From Octopus vulgaris (lineage: Eukaryota), in NCBI GenBank assembly GCA_951406725.2, contig OX597817.1:143406001-143470000 (forward strand): DNA of 64,000 bases, given 5' to 3'. Numbering within the stretch: the stretch's first letter is position 1; each line of letters starts with the position of its first letter. The notes beneath the pieces were generated by a model. That model saw only the letters and a list, made by a program, of their open reading frames with translations. It was not told the DNA's origin and made no database searches. A program made the translations under genes and the position numbers. Shown here piece by piece: positions 25,033 through 37,169 of the stretch.

Positions 25033-26088
25033 GGTATAGATGTGGGTGTATGGTAAGAAGTTTGCTTCCAAACCACAAGGTTCCAGGTTCAATCCCACTG
25101 CGTGGCACCTTGGGCAAGCGTCTTCTACTGTACCCTCAGGCCGACCAGAGATTTGTGAGTGGATATGGTAGATGGAAACTGAAAGAAGCCCGTCGTATAT
25201 GGGGGAATGGGGGAGGGATTGTGTTTGTCCACCACCACTGCTTGACAACTGGTGTTGGTGTGTTTATGTCCCTTTAACTTAGCAATTCAGCAAAACAGAC
25301 CAATAGAATAAGTATGGGGCTTTAAAAAAATAACTAAATAAGTACTAAAAATTCTAAGACAGTGCTCCAGTATGGCCACAGTCTGATGACCAAAACAAGT
25401 AAAAGATAACAGGTTCATGGCTGTGTGGTAAGAAGCTCGTTTCCCGACCTCATGGTTTGGGGTTCAGCCTCACTGCCTGGCACCTTGAGCATGTGCCTTC
25501 TACTAAAGCCTCGGGCCGAACAAAGCCTTGTGAGAGGATTTGGTAGATGGAAACTAAAAGAAACCAGTCATGTCATCATCATTTAATGTCTGTTTTCCAT
25601 GCTGCCATGAGCTGGAAGGTTTGACAAGAGCTGACTGGGCTTCATGTGCATGTGTCTATGTACATATATATCTGTGGTGTGCGTGTGTGTGTGTGTGTGT
25701 GTATGTGCGTCTTCGCATCTGTATTTGTTCCTTCATCACTGCTTGACAACCAGTGTTGATGCATTTACGTCTCTGTAACTTAGCGGTTCAGCAAAAGAGA
25801 CCAAAACAATAAGTACAAGGCTTAAGAAATAAGTCCTGGAGTCGATTTCAAGGTAGTGCTGCAGCATGGCCATAGTCAAATGAGCGAAACAAGTAAAAGA
25901 ATAAAAGAATGTGTGTGATGCAAATAGTACCCATGCCAGTGGCACATAAAAGCACCCATTACACCCTCAGAGTGGTTGGCATTACGAAATTAGACTGGAG
26001 TCTGGTTCAGCCTTCCAGCATAACAGCCTGATCAAACTGTCCAACCCATGCCAGCATGGACAATGGCTATTAAATGATGATGACGATA

Positions 26089-26158
<70 letters not shown>

Positions 26159-26165
26159 CATATAT

Positions 26166-26196
<31 letters not shown>

Positions 26197-26197
26197 C

Positions 26198-26234
<37 letters not shown>

Positions 26235-26390
26235 CATATATATACATACATACATATATACATATCATACATATATATACATATATATACATATAAAGTT
26301 AATCCAAACAAGAAAGCACAAAAAAACACAACAACACGAGGACATGGAACAAATATAGTATTATTATTGGACGCTCAGGAAAGGAGGAGG

Positions 26391-26425
26391 GTTTAACGTT
26401 TCGAGCGGAGCTCTTCATCGGAAAC
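26391..26425 (-). ncRNA. Degenerate minimal hammerhead motif in a Penelope-like terminal repeat (~26295-26462)
   Basis: Minus strand GTTT-CCGATGA-A-GAGC-tcc-GCTC-GAAA-CGTT-AAAC. All stems pair, but the core CUGA reads CCGA. Confidence 0.55.
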
Positions 26426-27145
26426 ATAGAAGGAAAGATCCAGAGAAAGGAAGACAGAGGAAAAAATATATATATAATGTATATAGATACTTAGAAAGAT
26501 AGGGAGATAGATATATAGATAGATACATACATATATATAGACAGATAGATACATACATACATATATATATATAGATAGATAGATATAAAGATACATACAT
26601 ACATATATACATACATACATACATACACACACACGCACATACCCATACACACTAATTTTGACCAACAAGCAAATGAAGTTACTGCATTATATAAATAAAT
26701 ATAAATAAATAAACAAAAAACCACATTAATTTCCAATAATTGCACTGGTCCATTTGGTGCAAATAATAAAAAGCCAGACCAGATTAATGTTTTTCCCCCT
26801 CCAACACCCTCACCTCCACCTACCATGGTATCTGGTTCAAGGTCAAGCATGAGTGACCAAGTTTGATTTTTGCCTGGGTCGATTTTTCTTTTCTTTTCTT
26901 ATGTTAAAGCAGAGCTGTGTGTGTGTGTGTGTGTCCACACCACCACCACTTGATAACTGGTGTTGGTTCATTTACATCCCTGTAACTTAGCAGTTTGGTC
27001 AAAAAGATTGACAGAATAAAGTGCCAGACTGAGAAATAAGTAGGCGGGGTTGTTTTGCTTCGCAAAACCCTTCCACGCAGCACCCCAAGACTGATCATTT
27101 AAGTGTATGTGTGTGAATGTATATATGTATATAAATATATACACA

Positions 27146-27548
27146 GGTGCAGGAGTGGCTATGTGGTAAGTAGCTTGTTTACCAACCACATGGTTCCGGG
27201 TTCAGTCCCACTGCGTGGCATCTTGGGCAAGTGTCTTCTGCTATAGCCTCGCGCCGACCAAAGCCTTGTGAGTGGATTTGGTAGACAGAAACTAAAAGAA
27301 GCTCGTCGTATATATGTATATATATATATATATATGTGCATGTATGTGTTTGTCCCCCTAGCATTGCTTGACAACCGATGCTGGTGTGTTTATGTCCCCG
27401 TCACTTAGCGGTTCGGCAAAAGAGACCGATAGAATAAGCACTGGGCCTACAAAGAATAAGTCCCAGGGTTGAGTTGCTCGACTAAAGGCGGTGCTCCAGC
27501 ATGGCCGCAGTCAAAATGACTGAAACAAGTAAAAGAGAAGGAGTAAAG
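27146..27548 (+). mobile_element. SINE family A, full-length
   Basis: Colinear with 11653-12076 from head to tail. Confidence 0.85.
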
Positions 27549-27660
27549 GTATATACATATAAGTAATACCAAAATCGTAGCTATGGTCAGTGTCCCATGA
27601 CTGGCTCCTGTGACGGTGGTACGTAAAAAGCACTATCCGAACATGATCAATGCCAAGCCC

Positions 27661-28475
27661 ATATATATATAACAAAGTAAAGTTGTAAGGTACCGCACGA
27701 GTGGAAATATATATGAAAGAAGGTTTGAAAAGGCAATTTATTAAAGATGTTTATTCACTTGAGTGGTTTCACTTTTTTAGAAAAAGGCCGTCAAAAGTAA
27801 AAGAGTAAAGCTTTGTATAAGCTTTGTTGTGCTAAGTACTGGTTGTTGCAAAAGTATTAAAAGACATATATACATTCTTTGATAATAATAAGAAAATGTT
27901 CAAAACAGTTTACAAGAAAGTATTTAATAAAAAAAAATCATGTTTTTTTTTTTAAAATCATGTTTACAAGAAAGTATTTAATAAAAAAAAATCATGTTTT
28001 TACCGACAATTACAAATCACATTCACACAAACACACCCACACATATACAGATACACATACAAACATGCAAATGCAATACAAGCCATATAAACACACACGC
28101 ATATATGCTCACATATGTACACAACAAAGCTTATACAAAGCTTTACATGTTACTTTTGACAATCTTTTTCTAAAAAAGTGAAACTGGTCAAGTGAATAAA
28201 CATCTTTAAAATTGCACTTTCAAACCTTCTTTCATGTATATATATATATATATATTTATCTATACTTTTTTCAGCCTTGTTGTTTACCACATTCATTGTA
28301 CTCTTGTACATAACTTGGTACATGGATTGGCAGCGCAGAGAGGCAGTCTGGTTGGGGCATGACACCAACTGCTTTATTCCCCATCCAAAGGTGTTTTGTT
28401 CAGAGAATTTCTGAATAGAACAGTCAACATCGACCTACAACAGACAGCCACCACCTATATATATATATATATATC

Positions 28476-28509
<34 letters not shown>

Positions 28510-28770
28510 CAAATGAGTAGTGGATTCAGAGAATCATATAGTTATCACAGTATTGTATAAAGCTGAGCATTCGAGTGAAAGTGAAACAATTTGTTTTTGG
28601 AACCATTTTTTAGCACCACAAAGCTTTACATTTTACTTTTGATAGTCTTTTTCTGAAAAAGTGAAGCCGGTCAAGTGAATAAATATCTCTAAAAGATCTT
28701 TGCATTTTCGAACCTTCTTTCATATATATTTTCACTCGTGCAGTACCTTACAGCTTTACTTCGTTATATA
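27661..28770. mobile_element. Three copies (one inverted, two direct) of a ~120-170-bp Penelope-like terminal repeat
   Basis: 27661-27830 is the reverse complement of 28119-28240 and 28617-28770 (aaagctttac...ttttgac...aaaagtgaaac(c/t)ggtcaagtgaataaa...aaccttctttcat). Confidence 0.65.
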
Positions 28771-28815
<45 letters not shown>

Positions 28816-29042
28816 TTTAATGTACACTAAATAGTTTCTGGCCATGGAGACAGTGAGATTAGACAGATTTTTATAACAAACCTCGTGTTTCCAAGCAATT
28901 ATCAGGCTTAGGGCATGTGGTTAATTCTATTTGAAAACAAAACACTGGTACGTGAGAAATTGAGAAAAAAGTCACTGAATAGAGAATGTTTCTTTTCCTT
29001 TTCCTCTCCTAGCGATAAATTAAACTATAAATACATACACAC

Positions 29043-29264
29043 ACGAGTGGGTGTTGAAAAGTTCCTGGCTTTGGGTAAAAGAAAATAGAGGAGGATCAGT
29101 TAATTATGATTTTATTCACCATATTCCCCTCTCAGATTCACACACACATTGCAACGGTCCTTCAGTTTTTCTAAGCCCTGTAAAAGAACTCAGGAGGTTG
29201 GGACTCCAGCTAAAACCTTTCACAGTACTCTTAAAGCCAGGAACTTTTCAGCGCCCCCACACGT
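29043..29264. mobile_element. Mariner-like non-autonomous element
   Basis: TIRs acgagtgggtgttgaaaagttcctggcttt / aaagccaggaacttttcagcgcccccacacg, with TA at the right end. Confidence 0.75.
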
Positions 29265-30459
29265 ATTATGACGCACAGGATAGCTTTTTCCAAATCACAT
29301 GTTGTCATAGCTACAAACATAACTACACATGCACCTAGAGATCAGAGAAATTTTTAATATATTTACATACGAATATGTATACGTGTGTGGTCAGGCGAGT
29401 AAAGTCAGCTACTATTTATCTATGCATAGAAATATTACTGAAAGTAGGTTTTTTTCCAAAGAAGAGTAATGGGTGTGTTGATTCTCCCATTAAGCTAACA
29501 TAGTCTTGCAATGTGTGTGTGAAAGATATTGTAGTTATTTACCTATTTGATGTTATCATCATCATTATTATTATTATAATTATTATTATTTCTATTTAAA
29601 AAAAAAAGCCTCAGTTGTCCTAGGTCTGATTGTGGTATGGTGTACGACTAAAATAAACATTCTGTGTGGTCCTTTCTCCTTGCACAGAGCGATAGGAAAA
29701 AAGAAAGCAAACTGGTTTCTTTCTTGGGCATTTATCATTTAATTTTTTGCTTGATTCAGTCATAGGACTGTGGCCATGCTGGGGCGCCACCTTGAAGAGT
29801 TTAGCCAAACAAATCAGCCCCCACAACCTATTTTGCTTTTACGTTAGGTACTTATTTTATTCATCCTTTTTTGGTGAACTGAGTTACAGGAATGGAAACA
29901 AACCAATACCAGTTGTCAGACAGTCGTGGCGGGTCAAACACAAACACACACACGACAGGTTTCCACACAGCTTTTGTCTATCAAATTCAATCACAAAGCA
30001 TTGGTTGGCTTAGGGGTCTCAAGATGCCATGCAATGGGATTGAACCAGAAAGCACCTGGTTGCAAAGTAAGCTTCTTAACCACCCTGCCTGTGCCTTCTG
30101 GGCAATTCCATGAATGGTTCACAGAGTTCAGGGTCTTAGCTATATCCTTTCTCAGCCTTATTATTGCAATGATTTCATGACAGTATGTCTGAAAATAGGA
30201 TGTTGGAATACTAATGATCATGATTACTCTTCCCAATCAGTTGACCTGTGACTAAATAACAACTACAAGACTAGCACAGGTGTGCCTATGTGTTTGAAAA
30301 GCAAGTTTTTCAACCACATGGTCCCAGGTTTAGTTCCATAGCTCAGCATCTTGCTCACATGCCTTCTATTATAGCCTGGAGCCAACCATAGCTTTGTGAA
30401 TGGATTTGGTAGGTAGAAACTGTGCAGAAATTCATCCTATGTATGTATGTCTCTTCTAT

Positions 30460-30732
30460 TTTTTAATTATTATAAATCTTCCACTGAGGAAGGAGCCGGT
30501 TTCCAACAAAGATACAAGGTTCCGTTTTTGGGAAGTAGTTAACATAGACAAATTCACATTTGTAACTTGAGAAAAGTCTTGCATATTTTTACCGTTCCAC
30601 TTACAGATTGGACTTGTATGAATTAGCCAGTCAATTTCTCTTTCTGAAAATCCCAGTTTATCCCGATTCTCCTTTAAGCATTTACTAACAAAACCCAGTG
30701 CTCCAATTATTATTGGTATGAATTCATACCTA
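30460..30732 (-). mobile_element. 3' fragment of an RLE-type (R4/Dong-like) non-LTR retrotransposon
   Basis: Minus-strand YEFIPIIIGALGFVSKCLKENRDKLGFSEREIDWLI, then after a frameshift QSVSGTVKICKTFLKLQM* (TGA 30554-30556). This is typical of the C-terminus after the restriction-like endonuclease. Confidence 0.7.
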
Positions 30733-33700
30733 CGTAAGTACGTGTGTGTGCATGTATGTATGCATATATGTATGTATATACAGGCTGACTCTAAAGACTG
30801 GATACACAATTCTTGTCTTTTTTTTCTGCAGACTGAATTTGAGTGTCTAAAGAAAGAATCAAATTGGTATCCAGACTTCATGGAACACCTCATGTGTGTG
30901 TGTGTGTGTGTGCACATGTTAATGCTTGTCTTGATATCATGTGATAGAGGTAAGCAAGCATCACCATTATACAAACGATGTTCTGTTTCTAGTCTTCTGT
31001 TAAAAACATGTCTGACCTTTCTAGGAAAAGGGTTGATGACAGGAAGGGCAACCAGCTTGACAAATTGACAAATGCAAGCAAGAAGTGGATGTTAAATGGT
31101 GGTGGTGGTGGTGGTTTTGCGCGATGACGGGGACGGACATGCTAAATTTTTTAAGGTCTAGATGTAAGAGAACATTCGAGAACATGGAGGGTCAACTGAG
31201 AGCAAAAGCAAGCTAATCCTTAAAAACCCTACAACAGTTTTTAAGGGATTAAAAAGAGCTGAGACACCACCCTGAAGGGTTTAGTCAAACAAATCAATCA
31301 CAGCACTTATTTTTTTTTTACATCTGGTATTTTATCAAATATAGGGACATAAAAAAACCAACACTGGTTGTCAAGTAGTTGTGGTATGGGGAGACAAATC
31401 CAGCACAAACACACACAATAATGGGCTTCTACACAGTTTCTTTCTTTCAAATTCACCCCCAAGGGATTGATCGATCTGGGACTTGGTACAAAACACTTCC
31501 CCAGGGTGCCATGCTGTGGGACAAACCTGAACGTAAATGCTCGCAAAGTAAACCCCTTAGCCACAGAGCCATGCCAGTCTTTTTTGTTTGTTTTTTTTTT
31601 TTTTTAAGGTCAAAGGTCAACAACTGTCATACTGAAGTGTTGTCCAAGATACATCTGTGACAGACTCTACATAAAGGAAACGAAGCTCAGGTTTATAACA
31701 TCCTATCAGATCCTGTTGTTTTGGAGAGGAGTAGGACACACACCCCCCCCTCGCGCAAAAAAAAAAAAACTATTTTGCTGAAGTACTTACTATGGAAGAG
31801 CTGGTTAACATGAACAAGCTTTAAACTGTTTTTCCCATAATTAATTCAGCTGTAAATATGACAAGTATTTTATAATTAATAATAAGTAGGCTGAGACAAG
31901 TCCTTTCTAATTAGTGCAATTTCAACCTCTGTGGGGGTGGTCATTGTTTTCATACACGTGATGGTTAGTGTGTGTTAGTGTGCCGGTGGTTTCTATTCTT
32001 TTGTTTTATTTGGTGCCAATCACTGGCATTACAATAAATAAACTGTCATGCCATGGCAGAAGGCTGTTTGTTTAAATGGATTTCGTTGGAATAGAATAAT
32101 AAACAGCTTTAGTCACATGCTGGGTGGTGGTGGTGGGGGGGGGGGTCTGAATGGTTTGGTTTCACTGGAGCGGAATGGAGTTTAATGCAGTCACCATGAG
32201 AAAGCTGGGTCACTGAAGTCAGGGAGATAGCAACACTCTCTCTCTCTCTCTCTCATCACATACACACACACAGATGGCGCTGGGCAATGCTGTCAAAGAA
32301 ATTGATGTGACAATTAGGAATAAATTAAATTACATGCAAACTACCAAGCTTATCTCATCATTGACATTGTCATCATCATCATCACCATCCCCATCTTCAC
32401 TACAATCATTGTCATTACCACCATCACCATCATCATTCACACCATCCCTTCCCAAAGCTGCCATCACAATATTCCCTCTTACCTCCACATTCACTCCCCC
32501 TACCACTATCTTTTACTTGTTGCAGTCATTTGACTGTGGCCATGCTGGGCACTGTTTTGTAGAGCTTTTAATCGGATGAACTGACCCCAGAACTTATCTC
32601 TTTTTTAAACCTGGTACTTATTCTATCAGTCCCTTTTACCAAACCGCTAAGTTACAGCAACATAAACACACTATCACCAGTTGTCGAGCAGTGGAGGGAG
32701 GACAAACACACAAACATATGCCAGGCTTCTTTCAGTTTCTGTCTACCAAATCCACTCAAAAGGCTTTGGTCAGTTCACAACTATAGTAGGAGGCACTTCA
32801 CCAAGGTACCATTCAGTGGGACTGAACCCAGAACTATGTGGTTGGGAAGCAAACTTCTTACCAAATAGGAAACCTATTGAGTCAAGTACATCAACATCAA
32901 AAAATCAAATGGACATTGTAGTTGTGATACCTGTGCCAGTGGCACGTAAAAAGCCCCATCCGAACATGGCCAATGTCAGAGCCACCTTGACTGGCTTCCG
33001 TGCCACCGGAAAAAGCACCTACTGATCATGGACGTTGCCAGCCTCGCCTGGCACTTATGCCAGAAGCACATAAAAAGCACCCACTACACTCACGGAGTGG
33101 TTGGTGTTAGGAAGGGCATCCAGCTGTAGAAACCTTGCCAGATCAGACTGGAGCCTGGTGCAGCCTCCTGGCTTCCCAGACCCCAGTTGAACTGTCCAAC
33201 CCATGCTAGCACGGAAAACAAACATTAAATGATGATGATATGATATACAGGTGATACATATACGGATGCAAGTATGGCTGCTGAATGATTAAGAAGTTAA
33301 CTTCACAAACATGAGGACCCCAGATCAATACCATTGCTTGACATCTTGGACAACAGTCTTTACTAACAGCTGCAGATTAACTCAAGGCTTATAAACGAAA
33401 TTTTATAGAGGGAGACATTGCGGGAGCCCTTCAGATGGACTTGACCTGGAATTCCAGAGTACAACTGAGTCATGTTGTTCTGATTCTACTCAAGAATTAC
33501 ATTAAGGATGCAAATACTTGTGGAATATTCAACCACTTCAAATGTTAATTCAATGAGTTGATCAAAAAATTGGACTCTCATAATAGGCGTAGGAGTGGCT
33601 GTGTGGTAAGTAGTTTGCTTACCAACCACATGGGTCCAGGTTCAGTCCCACTGTGTTGCACCTTGGGCAAGTGTCTTCTACTATAGCCTCAGGCCAACCA

Positions 33701-34766
33701 AAGCCTTGTGAGTGGATTCAGTAGACGGAAACTGAAAGAAACCCATCATGTACATATGTATGTGTGTATATATTAATAATAATAACATGACAACAAAAGA
33801 ATGAATGAGACCTTGATATTATGTAAAATAGAGGAATTTATCTATAAATATAATATGTGACAATTAGATGGTTGTCATAATAAAACAATTCCACTTTTGG
33901 CATGGATGCTACAGCTCAAAGCGCTTCCTCCAACAAACCAGCCCTAACGTCTAATTCTGTGTCTGCAGATGATATGTGATACAAAGAAAAGCTTAAAAGT
34001 GGAATCAATGATGGAGACCATCGGCATATACAGTCCCTGGAGTTATTTTTATTCAACTTAAATTCTTTATTAACCGTTTAGCATTCCGATTACTCTGTTA
34101 AACATAATACTTATATATTCACATTGTTCTGAATTAATCATGCATTATCTCATATGTTCAAAATTTAGATACAAGACTGTTTAGAATGGCAGTGCAGGGA
34201 AAGTGTGAGAAGCAAGATCTGGCCATTCTGAAGATAAAACAGGTAGAATATTTGGGCCAGATTATGACCAGTTTAAATGCTTAAGGTTTAAGTTAATCCA
34301 CTCCAAGAGTACATTACCAATTCTCCTGTGAAACTCTGGTCACAAAGTAATACATTTATTTATTCATTTAAATCTATGTAACAATAAGAAGAAAAAAATA
34401 ATATCAAGTTAAATTCTATAACATTTGTTCTAGCAAATCGCCAGGAAGTTTGCTGTGACATCATAAATATGTATATAACCTTTTTCTTTCTTTGAGGTAG
34501 CTCATTCACCTGAATCACTCACGTTAAGCAAACAGGTGAGAAGACAACAAAGAATTTTTATTTACAAAACAATAACATCACAGTCATCTCTATCCCACTT
34601 CCCATACTTTTTTGTATTTTTAAAAATTTTTCATTTTATTACTTAGCCTATAAGGCAGCATGTTGACAGAATCATAAGAGCACTGGCACTTCATGCTTTG
34701 AGTTCAAATCCAGCTGCAGTAAATCATGCCATTCATCCCCCCCAGGGTTAATAAAGTACTGGTGGA

Positions 34767-35053
34767 CAGGGCTGTGGAGTCAAAACAAAATACTTGGACT
34801 CCGAATAACTTCGACTCCGACTCCTCTACTATTGGCATCTCCGACTCTTACTCCGACTCGTAATTAAGTGATTGTGGTCTAAATATCCCATAAAGCACGT
34901 GCATATGCTTGTACTTTGAGTAGGCCTATGTGTTATAACTGGTTTATATTAAAGAATAAAGATATTGTGAGTTGGAATCAGAGTCAGCATAGTTTTACCG
35001 ACTCTGACTCCAGCTACCCTTTAATTGTTTCTGACTCCGACTCCACAGCCCTG
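34767..35053. mobile_element. hAT-type MITE with subterminal GACTCC repeats
   Basis: TIRs cagggctgtggagtc / gactccacagccctg; TSD ctggtgga / ctggtgaa. It is nested in a family C SINE. Confidence 0.85.
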
Positions 35054-37126
35054 CTGGTGAAGTGAAGGGGTCAATATATATTTCTTTACTACCCACAAGG
35101 GGCTAAACATAGAGGGGGCAAACAAGGACGGACGAACGGATTAAGTCGATTACATCGACCCAGTGCGAAACTGGTACTTTATTTATCGACCCCGAGAGGA
35201 TGAAAGGCAAAATCGACCTCGGCGGAATTTGAACTCAAAACGTAACGACAGACGAAATACAGCTAAGCATTTCGCCCGGCGCGCTAACGTTTCTGCCAGC
35301 TCGCAGAAGGGGTCAATATAATCAACTAACCCATCTCCCTAAAAAGAATTATTGGCCTTCTTATCAAAACTTGAGACTATTAACGGAGGTCAACTGGCAG
35401 TCAACTACCTCGTGGCACTTCTTCCGTCTCTTAATGTTCTGAGTTCAAATACTTCCAAAGTCAATGTTGCCTTTTATCCTTTTGGGGTCAATAAAATAAA
35501 GTACAAACCGAATAATGGAGTCAAGGTAATCAATAGGCCCCTTCCCACTAAGGTTACTGGCCTTATGCCTAAGTCAGGAACCATTATTATTAGTAGCAGC
35601 ATGAAAGACGGCAAGCTGGCAGAAATGTTAGCACACCGGGCTCAATATTTAGCAGTATTTCGTCTGCTGCTACGTTCTGAGCTCAAATTCCGCCGAGGTC
35701 AACTTTGCCTTTCATCCTTTCGGTGTCAATAAATTAAGTACCAGTTGCATACTGGGTCGATCTAATCAACTCCCGCGAAATTTCGGACCTTGTGCCTAGA
35801 GTAGAAAGGATTATCTAATGTGTGTGTGTGAGTGTGTGTGTGTGTATGTGTGTGCGTGCATGTGCGAGAGCAAACAGAGATAGTTGGAAACCTTTTAAAT
35901 GCTTATAATGAAGCCATCATATCTTTTTGTTACTCATGAACAATTTCTCTGAATGAGAGAGAGAGGAAGGGAAATAGAAAGAGAGAGGGTGGGGAGGACG
36001 AGAGAGAGGGAGAGATAGAGATTATATTTTTCTTGCTATATTCAATTGCTTGAAAATGTTTGGTACAACTGTTGAATAAATAGAAAACACATGTAGCTAT
36101 GCTTATTACAACAACACAGACTGTTAAAATAAGTCTCTCTCACCCCACCACCGACCACCACCACCACCACCACCATCACTTTTTATCTCTCTCTCTCTCT
36201 CTTTCTCTTGAAACAAAATCCCATAAAACACCATAGAAAAACACAAAATGTGAATTGAAGTGGACACAAAAACTACTCTGAAATTGCTGTTAAAGCTGGC
36301 TCTATGTTGTATCTGGTGTCCTTATTTGCTTATCATTTTCATAACTCCTGACATATCTTTAATGTTTGTTTAACACTTCCTGTCCTCAATCTCAGCAGAA
36401 AGAGAATAAGAATGAAGGATGGGGGGGAGGCAGAGGGGGCAGAATGTGGAAGGGGAATTAAAAAGAAATCTGGGTCAATTCTAAGGTTAGTATATTTTTT
36501 TTTTTTTTTTTGTTGTAGATCAAATTTGAGAAACCTTAACCCAAGTAGAGGAATTAGTCTCAGACTTCCTTGTGTTATGCAAGTGACCCACTTCACTCAA
36601 TACAGTGTATCTGTTGTCGTTTTTCTCTCAATTGTTAAATCAGGTTATTTAAGGAGAGTGACCGGCTAAGTGAAACCAAATACAAAACTACTTGGACAAC
36701 CGGCGGCTCACATCTCAAGAGTTCATATTCAGTTCAGACGATGTTTCATAGCAATTGTCAATCTGTACACTTCATTTGATGCATTGTTCATTTAGGTGAA
36801 AAGAATTAGGGAGGCTAGCTTCCTATCCCAGAAGATAGTTGTCTCTCATCTGCTAAGTACTACAGGAAGAGACAGAGCTAATCTTAGGCTGGACTCATAA
36901 ATAAGTTTAAATAATTTGTTTCTAATTTAGGAACAAAGCAGGCAATTTTGAAGAAGGGGATTACCATCAACCTCAGTACCATAAATTCAATAAATAACAA
37001 GCCTCATATTCTACTATTAGAGTTCCCCATCTCCTGGGTTTATTGCCTTCACCATGGGTCAGAGCCCAATGCACATTGGTTGGCTAAATGCACACCAAAC
37101 CAGAAATTTGTAAATCTTTGCATAAA

Positions 37127-37169
<43 letters not shown>

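Noticed and set aside
25982-26850. YI/CV-rich ORFs (also many similar ORFs across the window)
   Set aside because: Translations of TA/CA microsatellites.
31791-31849. Segment bounded by AG and GTAAGT on the minus strand
   Set aside because: It has stops in all three frames. At most it is a non-coding exon, and there is no support for that.
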